A stretch of DNA of 64,000 nt from Flavobacteriaceae bacterium. GTDB lineage: Bacteria; Bacteroidota; Bacteroidia; Flavobacteriales; Flavobacteriaceae. Of this stretch, positions 1-8,578 are shown one piece after another. The notes under the pieces are model-generated. The model worked only from the letters and a program-made list of their open reading frames with translations. It ran no database searches and was not told where the DNA came from. Numbering within the stretch: the stretch's first letter is position 1; each line of letters starts with the position of its first letter. The DNA is taken from NCBI GenBank assembly GCA_013373105.1, contig JABXIJ010000003.1, positions 10,452 through 74,451 on the forward strand. Reading direction: 5' to 3'. Made by a program: the position numbers and the translations under genes.

Positions 1-870
1 CTTCCAGATACAGAAGAAGCTATAATTACAGATACAAACAAAGTTATTTATACTTTAAACTCACTTTGTATTGAAATGGATAATCGTTATGATTTATTAA
101 AATCAGCAATGGTTAGAAACATTAAAGAATACAATGCTAAGTTCAAAAAACGTAAATTAAATCCAAATGATGGTCATCAATTTTTACCTTATATAGTATT
201 GGTTATTGATGAATTTGCTGATTTAATAATGACTGCAGGCAAAGAAGTTGAAACTCCAATAGCTAGGTTAGCTCAGTTAGCTAGAGCAATAGGAATTCAT
301 TTAATAGTAGCTACACAAAGACCTTCTGTTAATGTAATTACAGGAATTATAAAAGCTAATTTTCCAAGTAGAATTGCTTTTAGAGTAACCTCAAAAATTG
401 ATTCTAGAACTATTTTAGATGCTCCTGGAGCTGATCAATTAATTGGACGTGGAGACATGCTTTATTCAGGTGGAAACGATATTACAAGGATACAATGCGC
501 TTTTGTAGACACACCAGAAGTTGAGAAAATAACAGACTATATAGGTTCGCAAAAAGCATACTCAGAAGCATATCAACTGCCAGAGTTTGTAGGTGAAGAG
601 GGTGGCACAAATATTGATATTGATATTGATATTGCTGATAGAGATAAGTTATTTAGGGAAGCTGCAGAAGTAATTGTTACCGCTCAGCAAGGGTCTGCTT
701 CACTCCTACAACGAAAATTAAAATTAGGATACAATAGAGCAGGAAGGTTAATAGATCAACTAGAAGCTGCTGGAATTGTAGGGCCTTTTGAAGGTAGTAA
801 AGCAAGACAAGTTTTAGTACCAGATTTAGTTGCTTTAGATCAATTATTAGAAAATGAAATGAATGGTTAA
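1..870 (+). CDS. ftsK: DNA translocase FtsK/SpoIIIE, C-terminal portion (5' end outside the window)
   Basis: Frame 1 is open from base 1, so the Met listed at 76 is internal. The translation shows motor-domain blocks VLVIDEFADLIM and IHLIVATQRPS. It also shows the C-terminal winged-helix gamma domain SASLLQRKLKLGYNRAGRLIDQLE. Confidence 0.9.
   Translation, partial: LPDTEEAIITDTNKVIYTLNSLCIEMDNRYDLLKSAMVRNIKEYNAKFKKRKLNPNDGHQFLPYIVLVIDEFADLIMTAGKEVETPIARLAQLARAIGIHLIVATQRPSVNVITGIIKANFPSRIAFRVTSKIDSRTILDAPGADQLIGRGDMLYSGGNDITRIQCAFVDTPEVEKITDYIGSQKAYSEAYQLPEFVGEEGGTNIDIDIDIADRDKLFREAAEVIVTAQQGSASLLQRKLKLGYNRAGRLIDQLEAAGIVGPFEGSKARQVLVPDLVALDQLLENEMNG
611..634 (+). repeat. Perfect hexanucleotide microsatellite (ATATTG)x4 inside ftsK, encoding the DIDIDIDI linker
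   Basis: Read directly: atattg atattg atattg atattg at 611-634. It lies between the motor domain and the gamma domain. Confidence 0.9.
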
Positions 871-871
871 G

Positions 872-1522
872 ATGAAAAAAATTACAATTTTAATAGTATT
901 ATTTCTTGCAAGTACAATCAGTTTTTCACAAAATTCTGATGAAGCAAAATCAATGTTAGATGAAGTATCTTCTAAAATGGGATCTTACAAAAACATGAAA
1001 ATAAGATTTAGCCAAACTTTAAGTAACGAAGAAGCTGGAATTAAAGAAGGAGATGAACCTCCTATAAATGGAAACATACACTTAGCAGGTGAAAAATATA
1101 ATTTAGAGTATTTAGGAAACACCTTCATTTACGATGGTAAAAAACTATATGTAATTAATAACGAAGAAAGAGAAATTTCAATTACAGATGATGATTTAGA
1201 TGGAGATGATGGCTTTATTTACCCTTCTAAATTATTAACCTTTTATAAAGAAGGTTATAATTTTGAAATGGGTAAAATTATAAATATGAACGGTAGAAAA
1301 ATTCAGTTTGTTACTTTAAACCCTATAGATAGCAATTCAGATATTGTAAAAGTAGAGCTTGGTATAGATGCTAAAACAAAACACATTTACAAATTAATTC
1401 AAACAGGTTCTAATGGTGCAAGAACTATTTTTACCATAAATGAATTTAAAAGTGATTTACCTTTAAGTGATAGTATTTTTAAATTCGATAAAACAAAATA
1501 CAAAGGTTTTATTATAGACTAA
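872..1522 (+). CDS. lolA: LolA-like outer-membrane lipoprotein carrier family protein (secreted)
   Basis: The N-terminal signal peptide MKKITILIVLFLASTISFSQ starts at the ATG at 872; the ATG at 863 would overlap the ftsK stop. Its size (~216 aa) and position directly after ftsK match the conserved ftsK-lolA arrangement in Bacteroidota. The family call is from memory of that synteny, not from a diagnostic motif. Confidence 0.55.
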   Translation: MKKITILIVLFLASTISFSQNSDEAKSMLDEVSSKMGSYKNMKIRFSQTLSNEEAGIKEGDEPPINGNIHLAGEKYNLEYLGNTFIYDGKKLYVINNEEREISITDDDLDGDDGFIYPSKLLTFYKEGYNFEMGKIINMNGRKIQFVTLNPIDSNSDIVKVELGIDAKTKHIYKLIQTGSNGARTIFTINEFKSDLPLSDSIFKFDKTKYKGFIID

Positions 1523-1586
1523 TTAAACTTCCAATTAACAGAAAATTAGCAGCATACTAAGGTATTAGATGCTATTTTTGTGCTTT

Positions 1587-3035
1587 ATGAAAATTTTAGA
1601 TAAGTACATTTTAAAAAGTTTCTTTAAACCTTTTCTTGCTACACTTCTTATAGTGTTGTTTGTTTTGGTAATGCAAATGCTTTGGCAAGCTTTTGAGAAT
1701 ATAGCTGGTAAAGGTATTAGTATATTATTTATTCTAAAATATTTGTATTACACCACATTAATAATGCTACCTCAGGCATTACCAATTGCTGTACTTTTAT
1801 CATCGATAATGGCTTTAGGAAACTTTGGAGAAAACTATGAGTTTGCTGCAGCTAAATCTGCAGGAGTATCTTTACAAAGGTTGGTTATGCCTTTGGCAAT
1901 TGTAGCTGTTCTGTTTAGTGTTTTGAACTTTTTCTTATACAATAATGTATATCCATATGCAATATTAAATCAATCGAACTTATACTTAAATATTAAAAAG
2001 AAAAAACCTGCACTTGCATTAGTTGAAGGTAGCTTTAATTCAGATTTACCTGGTTATCAAATTAAATTTGATGAAAAATATGGTGAAGAAAAAAACCTAT
2101 TAAAAAATGTTTTAATCTACGATTTAACAGGAAATAGAGGAAATCAAAAAGTAATAACAGCTGAAAAAGGAAAGATTGTAACTGAAGAAGGTAGTAGATA
2201 TATGACATTTATTTTAAATAATGGAAATTACTACGAAGAGCATGTTAAAAAAGCCAGAACTTTAGAAAAAAGAAAAAAAATGGCTGCTTCAAGTGCAGTT
2301 TTTGACGAGTATGAATTTAATATAGATATCTCCTCAATAATTGGTGATGACTTAGATACCAACAAGGTTACTAATCATTTTAGAATGCTAACCATTAAAC
2401 AATTGAAAGATACAGTACCAGACTTAAAATCTAGATATGATGAAGTTTTAAAAAATAGATCTAAAAATATTTTTGCTAGTTCATTTGCAAAAGAGTTATA
2501 TAAATATCCAGATTCTTTAAAAACAGAAAATATAGAAGCAGATATTTTAAATAATTTTGAAGTCAAAGAAAAAATAACAATTTTAAATGCAGCTCTTAAT
2601 AAAACCACAAGAGCCCTAAATACCATTAAAAATAATAGTAAAAACGTTAAATACAGAAGAAAAACACTGAATTTGTATGACACTGAATACTATAATAGAG
2701 TTGCTTTTTCCTTATCATGCTTAATTTTATTTTTTATAGGTGCACCTTTAGGCTCTATTATTAGAAAAGGAGGTTTTGGTTTACCAATGATTTTAGCAAT
2801 ATCTGTTTATGTATTGTATTTTTTTACAAATACATTTGGTAGAAACTTAGCTGAAGAAAGTACAATAACAGCATTTTTAGGCTCTTGGATATCATTCTTC
2901 CTAATGGCACCAGTAGCAATATTACTTACTATAAGAGCAACAAAAGATAAAGGAATATTTGATGTAGACTCCTTTTTACAACCCATCACAAAAATTATAA
3001 AGAAGGTTAATCCTTTTAAAAAGAAACCATTATGA
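1587..3035 (+). CDS. LptF/LptG (YjgP/YjgQ) family LPS export permease
   Basis: It starts with MKILDKYILKSF, the typical N-terminus of this family. It has three N-terminal TM helices, a large periplasmic insert and three C-terminal TM helices. I prefer the ATG at 1587 over the ATG at 1569. Confidence 0.8.
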   Translation: MKILDKYILKSFFKPFLATLLIVLFVLVMQMLWQAFENIAGKGISILFILKYLYYTTLIMLPQALPIAVLLSSIMALGNFGENYEFAAAKSAGVSLQRLVMPLAIVAVLFSVLNFFLYNNVYPYAILNQSNLYLNIKKKKPALALVEGSFNSDLPGYQIKFDEKYGEEKNLLKNVLIYDLTGNRGNQKVITAEKGKIVTEEGSRYMTFILNNGNYYEEHVKKARTLEKRKKMAASSAVFDEYEFNIDISSIIGDDLDTNKVTNHFRMLTIKQLKDTVPDLKSRYDEVLKNRSKNIFASSFAKELYKYPDSLKTENIEADILNNFEVKEKITILNAALNKTTRALNTIKNNSKNVKYRRKTLNLYDTEYYNRVAFSLSCLILFFIGAPLGSIIRKGGFGLPMILAISVYVLYFFTNTFGRNLAEESTITAFLGSWISFFLMAPVAILLTIRATKDKGIFDVDSFLQPITKIIKKVNPFKKKPL

Positions 3036-4177
3036 TGACTCAAAGTACAAATAAAAAAAGTCAATTAAACACTATTGATGAAGCCATTAACGACATTAGA
3101 AATGGTAAAGTAATTATTGTGGTTGATGATGAAAATAGAGAAAATGAAGGTGACTTTCTAGCAGCTGCTGAAAAAGTAACTCCAGAGATGATAAACTTCA
3201 TGGCAACACATGGTAGAGGATTAATTTGTACACCACTTACAGAAAATAGATGTAAAGAATTGCAATTAGGCATGATGGTTAACAACAATACAGATCCTAT
3301 GGAAACAGCCTTTACAGTATCTGTAGACTTAAGAGGAAAAGGAGTTACAACAGGCATTTCAGCTTCAGATAGAGCTTTAACTATAAAATCTTTAATTAAT
3401 CCAGAAACTAAACCTCAGGATTTAGCTAGACCTGGTCATATTTTTCCTTTAAAAGCTAAAGAAGGTGGTGTTTTACGTAGAACAGGTCATACTGAAGCTG
3501 CTATTGATTTTGCACGTTTAGCAGGCCTACAACCTGCAGGAGTTATCGTAGAAATTATGAATGAAGATGGTACTATGGCACGTTTACCTCAACTACTTGA
3601 AGTTGCAAAAAAATTTGATATTAAAATTGTTTCTATTGAAGATTTAGTGGCTTACAGAATGGAACATGATTCTTTAATTGAGAAGAAAGAAGATTTTAAT
3701 ATCGAAACTCGTTTTGGAACTTTTAGATTAAGAGCTTATGAGCAAACTACTAATAATCAAATACACTTAGCGCTAACTAAAGGTAATTGGACCTCTAATG
3801 AACCTGTACTAACTAGAGTAAATTCAACCTTAGTAAACAACGATATCTTAGGAACACTTACCAATAATGTTGATAAAAAATTAGACCAAATGTTTCAAGT
3901 TATAAACGATGCTGGTAAAGGAGCTATTTTATTTATTAATCAACAAAACCAATCTAAAAATCTTTTAACAAGACTTGGTATTTTAAAAGAAAACCAAAAA
4001 AATGGAGAATTAAAAGCACCAGCAATTGCCATGGATCAAAGAGATTTTGGAATTGGAGCTCAAATTTTACATGATATAAATATTAGTAAAATAAAGCTAG
4101 TTTCTAATTCAACACAAACCAAGAGAGTTGGTATGATTGGTTATGGTTTAGAAATTGTAGATTACGTTAATTATTAA
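3032..4177 (+). CDS. ribBA: Bifunctional 3,4-dihydroxy-2-butanone-4-phosphate synthase / GTP cyclohydrolase II-like protein
   Basis: The DHBP synthase blocks are present: VVDDENRENEGDFLAAAE, GLICTPL, RRTGHTEAAIDFARLAG, VIVEIMNEDGTMAR. They are followed by a GCH-II-like C-terminal domain. The start overlaps the upstream stop codon (ATGA). Confidence 0.9.
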   Translation: MMTQSTNKKSQLNTIDEAINDIRNGKVIIVVDDENRENEGDFLAAAEKVTPEMINFMATHGRGLICTPLTENRCKELQLGMMVNNNTDPMETAFTVSVDLRGKGVTTGISASDRALTIKSLINPETKPQDLARPGHIFPLKAKEGGVLRRTGHTEAAIDFARLAGLQPAGVIVEIMNEDGTMARLPQLLEVAKKFDIKIVSIEDLVAYRMEHDSLIEKKEDFNIETRFGTFRLRAYEQTTNNQIHLALTKGNWTSNEPVLTRVNSTLVNNDILGTLTNNVDKKLDQMFQVINDAGKGAILFINQQNQSKNLLTRLGILKENQKNGELKAPAIAMDQRDFGIGAQILHDINISKIKLVSNSTQTKRVGMIGYGLEIVDYVNY

Positions 4178-4874
4178 TTTTCACTAAAGTATTTGTTGCT
4201 AATTCTTTAGGATTTTCATTTTGTTTAAAAAGGCGAGCTGTATATTCTCCTTTTAAATAAATAGCGTCACCTAAAACTTCAAGCCAGCTGCCTTCTCGCA
4301 AACCTAATACAGGTGTATCATTAAAAACATGATATTCTTTAATTCTAGTCTCTCTACTTTCGCCCATATGAGTTGAACCCTTAATTGGATCTAAATAATG
4401 CGCATTTATATTAAATGGTATTAAGCCCATAGTTGTAAAACTTGGTGGATAAACGATTGGCATATCATTAGTATTCATCATAGTTTTACCACAAATATTA
4501 CTTCCAGCACTGGTTCCTAAATATGGAATTCCATTTTCAATAGTAGTTTTCAAAGTTTCTAAAACATTATTCTCATACAACTTATTAACCAATTCAAAAG
4601 TATTTCCACCTCCTGTAAAAATCGCTTCAGCATTTTCAATTGCTAATCTTGCATTATCAAATTCATGAATTCCTTTAACTTTTATTTTTATTTCTGCAAA
4701 AGATTTGGAAACATTAGCTGTATATTCATCATAAGAAATACCTCCAGGTCTTGCATAAGGAATAAATAAAACTGTATTTACATTATTAAAAAAAGTTTGT
4801 AATGTAGGTAATAAATAAGCTAATGGTTTACTACCATAAACAGTGGATGTACTAGCAATAATCATTTTTTTCAT
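4167..4874 (-). CDS. pepE: Dipeptidase E (peptidase family S51)
   Basis: S51 blocks IFTGGGNTF and the nucleophile-elbow-like GTSAGSNICG are present, and the size is about 235 aa. I prefer the start MKKMIIAST at 4874 over the 8-codon extension at 4898. Confidence 0.8.
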   Translation of the reverse strand: MKKMIIASTSTVYGSKPLAYLLPTLQTFFNNVNTVLFIPYARPGGISYDEYTANVSKSFAEIKIKVKGIHEFDNARLAIENAEAIFTGGGNTFELVNKLYENNVLETLKTTIENGIPYLGTSAGSNICGKTMMNTNDMPIVYPPSFTTMGLIPFNINAHYLDPIKGSTHMGESRETRIKEYHVFNDTPVLGLREGSWLEVLGDAIYLKGEYTARLFKQNENPKELATNTLVKINN

Positions 4875-4964
4875 ACTACAAAAATATAGTTTTAACATAA
4901 GTTTAGAACAGAATTTTTCTATGAAAATCGAAGAATAGCATTAAATTGCATTATATTATAGATT

Positions 4965-5774
4965 ATGATTAAAAAACTATCACTTTTATTACTTATTTTT
5001 TTTACAACAATTGCTTTTTCACAAAAAAGAAATAAACTAATTCTGGGGTCAATAAAAGATTCTTTAGGAATAGTAAAAAATGCAAATGTTATTAATTTAA
5101 AAACGAAACAAGGTACTTTTTCTAGCGATAATGGCTTGTTTAGAATATTTGTTTCTGAAGGAGATTCACTCAGAGTTTCTTCAGTACAACATGACATAAA
5201 GAAAATTATAATTACAGAAGAATTAATTGATAGAGGTGAATTAGAAATAGTTTTAAAATTAAAAACCTACACTTTAGACGAATTTGAGTTTAAACGTAAT
5301 TTCTTGCAAGGAAGACTTGGCATTGACATTAAAGATGTGCCAAAAGATAAAAGAGATTCTTTGTTAAGAAAAGTTATGGATTTTTCTGATATTAATTTCA
5401 AAGCAACAGACAATTCATTAGATGAAATTGATAAAGTAAGACCGCCAATTGTAAATACCATGCAAGGAGCAATGTCTATGGCAGGTGCAGGTGCTAAAAT
5501 TGGTATTCCTTTTAAATATTCAGAACGTTTATGGGCTTTAAGAAAGAAACTAGAGCAAAAGAAACAATTTCCATATAAAATTTTGTCGGAGTTAGGTGAT
5601 CAATTCTTCTTTGAAGAATTAAAAATACCTATAGAAAATTACTTTCATTTTTTAGAGTATTGTAATCCTTTAGGTATAGAAGACATGCACAAAGATGGTC
5701 GAATTTTAGAAATCATAAAAATTCTAAAAAAAGAAAGTAAAAGTTATTTAAAAATTATAGAAGAAAATAAATAG
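4965..5774 (+). CDS. Secreted hypothetical protein with an N-terminal carboxypeptidase-regulatory-like domain
   Basis: It has a signal peptide (MIKKLSLLLLIFFTTIAFSQ). This is followed by ILGSIKDSLGIVKNANVINLKTKQGTFSSDNGLFRI, typical of CarboxypepD_reg-like beta-sandwiches. The long ORF has Flavobacteria-like codon usage. Confidence 0.6.
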   Translation: MIKKLSLLLLIFFTTIAFSQKRNKLILGSIKDSLGIVKNANVINLKTKQGTFSSDNGLFRIFVSEGDSLRVSSVQHDIKKIIITEELIDRGELEIVLKLKTYTLDEFEFKRNFLQGRLGIDIKDVPKDKRDSLLRKVMDFSDINFKATDNSLDEIDKVRPPIVNTMQGAMSMAGAGAKIGIPFKYSERLWALRKKLEQKKQFPYKILSELGDQFFFEELKIPIENYFHFLEYCNPLGIEDMHKDGRILEIIKILKKESKSYLKIIEENK

Positions 5775-5798
5775 ATTCTATATTTGTTAACACAACTC

Positions 5799-6296
5799 AT
5801 GAAATTAAAAAAAACATTTTTAATATTACTTTTAATTCCCCTACTCTCTTTTAAAGTTCACAAATTTTATTTGAGCTTGACTCAAATTAATTACAAAAAA
5901 GAAGCTAAATCTTTACAGATTATTACCAATGTTTTTATGGATGACATTGAGCTAGCTTTAAATAAAGATTATAATATAGATTTACAGTTAACCACAAAAA
6001 AAGAGCTTAAAAATAACGATGTATATTTCGAAAAATATTTAAAAGATAAACTTGAATTTAAAGTTGATGGAAATATAAAACCATTCAATTATTTAGGTAA
6101 AGAATATGAAGCTGATTTAGTACTTTTTTATATAGAAATACCTAATATAGCTTCAGTAAAAAAATTAGAAGTTTCTAATAAAATATTAATAAGGCATTTT
6201 CCTGATCAAAAAAACTTAGTAAAAACTAAGATTAATAATATTAATAAAAGTATTATTTTAAACAAAAATGAAACCTCAGGAACGTTTAATCACTAA
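5799..6296 (+). CDS. Hypothetical secreted protein (DUF6702-like, usually found next to M1 peptidases)
   Basis: The ATG at 5799 gives MKLKKTFLILLLIPLLSF...HKFYLSLTQINY. The DUF family name is recalled from memory and not verified. The gene lies immediately upstream of the M1 peptidase gene. Confidence 0.55.
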   Translation: MKLKKTFLILLLIPLLSFKVHKFYLSLTQINYKKEAKSLQIITNVFMDDIELALNKDYNIDLQLTTKKELKNNDVYFEKYLKDKLEFKVDGNIKPFNYLGKEYEADLVLFYIEIPNIASVKKLEVSNKILIRHFPDQKNLVKTKINNINKSIILNKNETSGTFNH

Positions 6297-6318
6297 TTTA
6301 ATAACTAAATTCACAATA

Positions 6319-8427
6319 ATGAAAAAAACTCTAGTACTGCTATTTTCAGTTTGTTTGGTTAGTTTTTCATTTGCACAAGCAAAAAAAGGACATACTAATC
6401 AAAATAAATTTAAGCAATTAAAAGAAGAATTACCTACACCAAACTTGCAGAGAACTGCTTCTGGTGCACCAGGTAAGTTGTATACTCAGCAAAAAGTTGA
6501 TTATGAAATAAATATCACTTTAGATGATGAGAAAAGAAGAATTACTGGTAATGAAACTATTACTTACCATAACAACTCTTCAGATGAATTAACATATTTA
6601 TGGGTTCAATTAGACCAAAATATGAGAGCTAAAGATTCTAAAACTCCAGATATTACACCTTCTAATGTACCAAATAGAATGAGTAAAGGAAGGTTTGAAA
6701 GATCTTTCCCAAAAGAACAATTTGATGGTGGTTTTAATATAACAAGCGTAACTAATAAAGATGGTAGTGATTTATCGCATACAATAAATCAAACAATGAT
6801 GCGCATCAATTTAGCTAAACCTCTAGCTTCTGGTGAAACATTTAAATTTAATATTTCTTGGTGGTATAATATTAATAATCATAGAACTCAAGGTGGTAGA
6901 TCTGGTTATGAATATTTTGAAGAAAATGATAATGCTAATTATGTAATTGCACAATTTTACCCTAGAATGTGTGCTTATGATAATATAGAAGGTTGGCAAA
7001 ATGATCAATTTTGGGGACGTTCTGAATTCGCATTAGAATTTGGAGATTTTACTGTTAATATTACTGTACCAGAAGATCATATGTTAGGTGCTACAGGTAA
7101 ATTGCAAAACCCAAAAGAAGTTTTATCGAAAACAGAATTAAAAAGATGGGAAGAAGCTCAAAATACTTTTGATAAGCCTGTAGTAATTAGAACACAAAAA
7201 GAAGCTGAAAAGATTGAAAAATCGAAAGCTAAACGTACAAAAACTTGGAAATTCTTTGCAGAAAATGTAAGAGATTATGCATTTGCAACATCTCGTAAAT
7301 TTATTTGGGATGCAATGGCTGTTAACATAAATGGTAGAACTGTTATGGCACATTCTTTATACTCTAAAGAAGCAAATCCTTTATATGGAGATCATTCTAC
7401 AAGAGCAGTTGCACAAACTTTAATTACATATTCTAAATACACTTTCGATTATCCTTATCATAAAGCAATTGGTGTAGATGGGCAAATGGGAATGGAATAT
7501 CCTATGATATGTTTTAACCCAGGAAGACCAGATTTACCAGATGGTGGTTATTCAGACAGAATGAAATACAGAATGGTAAAAGTAACTGTTCATGAAGTTG
7601 GTCATAACTGGTTCCCAATGATTGTAAACTCAGATGAAAGACAATGGACTTGGATGGATGAAGGACTAAACTCTTATTTAGAAATGTTAGCAGAGTGGGA
7701 ATATGATCCTAACTTTCCAATTACAAGAGGTTTACCTAAAAACATCGTAAGATATATGAGTGGAGATCAATCTAGAATTGCACCAATTATGTCTAAAGGT
7801 GAAAATGTATATAGTTTTGGAAACAATGCATATGGTAAGCCAGCAACTGCATTACATATCTTAAGAAACACAATAATGGGTAAAGAATTATTTGATCATG
7901 CTTTTAAAACTTATGCACAAAGATGGATGTTTAAAAGACCTAGCCCTGCAGATTTCTTTAGAACAATGGAAGATGCTTCTGGTGTAGATTTAGATTGGTT
8001 TTGGAGAGGTTGGTTCTATACTACAGATGTTGTTGATATAGGAATTAAAGGTGTTAAAAAATTCTCTACAAAAGAAAATGGCAACGCAGTAGACTTTATT
8101 GAAGATACTACAGAAGGCTTAGGTTTTGGTGAAAAACAAGAAATGTATCATTACGAAATTACATACAACAAACCAGGTGGTTTAGTAATGCCTATCATTG
8201 TTGAATTCACTTACAAAGATGGTACAAAAGAAAGAAAACAATATCCAGCTGAAATATGGAGATATAATGACGATGAAGTTACCAAAGTTTTTTCTAGCTC
8301 TAAACAAATTGAAAGTATACAATTAGACCCAGACTTAGAAACTGCAGATGTAGACACTTCTAACAATAGTTTTCCAAAAGAGAATGCTAATAAGTTCGAT
8401 AAATTTAAAAAGAAAATTAAAGGCTAA
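6319..8427 (+). CDS. M1 family zinc metallopeptidase (secreted), paralog 1
   Basis: The gluzincin signature HEVGH-X18-E is present (VHEVGHNWFPMIVNSDERQWTWMDEG). The GMEYP variant replaces the GxMEN exopeptidase motif. The signal peptide MKKTLVLLFSVCLVSFSFAQA starts at the ATG at 6319. Confidence 0.9.
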   Translation: MKKTLVLLFSVCLVSFSFAQAKKGHTNQNKFKQLKEELPTPNLQRTASGAPGKLYTQQKVDYEINITLDDEKRRITGNETITYHNNSSDELTYLWVQLDQNMRAKDSKTPDITPSNVPNRMSKGRFERSFPKEQFDGGFNITSVTNKDGSDLSHTINQTMMRINLAKPLASGETFKFNISWWYNINNHRTQGGRSGYEYFEENDNANYVIAQFYPRMCAYDNIEGWQNDQFWGRSEFALEFGDFTVNITVPEDHMLGATGKLQNPKEVLSKTELKRWEEAQNTFDKPVVIRTQKEAEKIEKSKAKRTKTWKFFAENVRDYAFATSRKFIWDAMAVNINGRTVMAHSLYSKEANPLYGDHSTRAVAQTLITYSKYTFDYPYHKAIGVDGQMGMEYPMICFNPGRPDLPDGGYSDRMKYRMVKVTVHEVGHNWFPMIVNSDERQWTWMDEGLNSYLEMLAEWEYDPNFPITRGLPKNIVRYMSGDQSRIAPIMSKGENVYSFGNNAYGKPATALHILRNTIMGKELFDHAFKTYAQRWMFKRPSPADFFRTMEDASGVDLDWFWRGWFYTTDVVDIGIKGVKKFSTKENGNAVDFIEDTTEGLGFGEKQEMYHYEITYNKPGGLVMPIIVEFTYKDGTKERKQYPAEIWRYNDDEVTKVFSSSKQIESIQLDPDLETADVDTSNNSFPKENANKFDKFKKKIKG

Positions 8428-8450
8428 AAGCCATTACAATAATTAAGAAT

Positions 8451-8485
8451 AAAAGCAGTATGAATTTCATACTGCTTTTTTTTTA
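8451..8485 (+). terminator. Rho-independent terminator after M1 paralog 1
   Basis: The stem gcagtatga / tcatactgc (8455-8475) is followed by a run of 9 T. Confidence 0.7.
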
Positions 8486-8578
8486 TTTTAAAGCCTTGTT
8501 AAAGTTAAAGAAATGTATAACAAATTCAATGTAATTAACTATTTTTAAGCACTTTTAAAAAAAATAAAATCAAAACTT

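Noticed and set aside
2900-3031. I looked for an FMN riboswitch upstream of ribBA.
   Set aside because: There is no room. The ribBA ATG overlaps the stop codon of the upstream permease gene (ATGA), so the region is coding and no RFN-like structure can be present.
2375-3357. Minus-strand ORFs 2375-2683, 2807-3064 and 3061-3357.
   Set aside because: They are nested antisense inside the well-supported LptF/G permease and ribBA genes. Their translations are low-complexity and Phe/Leu/Ser-rich, as expected from the reverse complement of AT-rich coding sequence.
6268-6318. N-terminal extensions offered by the ORF track: 6268 versus 6319, 25343 versus 25403, 53118 versus 53082, 54596 versus 54575, 1569 versus 1587, 4898 versus 4874, 5784 versus 5799, 23240 versus 23246.
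   Set aside because: In each case a downstream ATG immediately precedes a canonical signal, lipoprotein or family N-terminus. The extension would overlap the upstream gene or bury the signal peptide.
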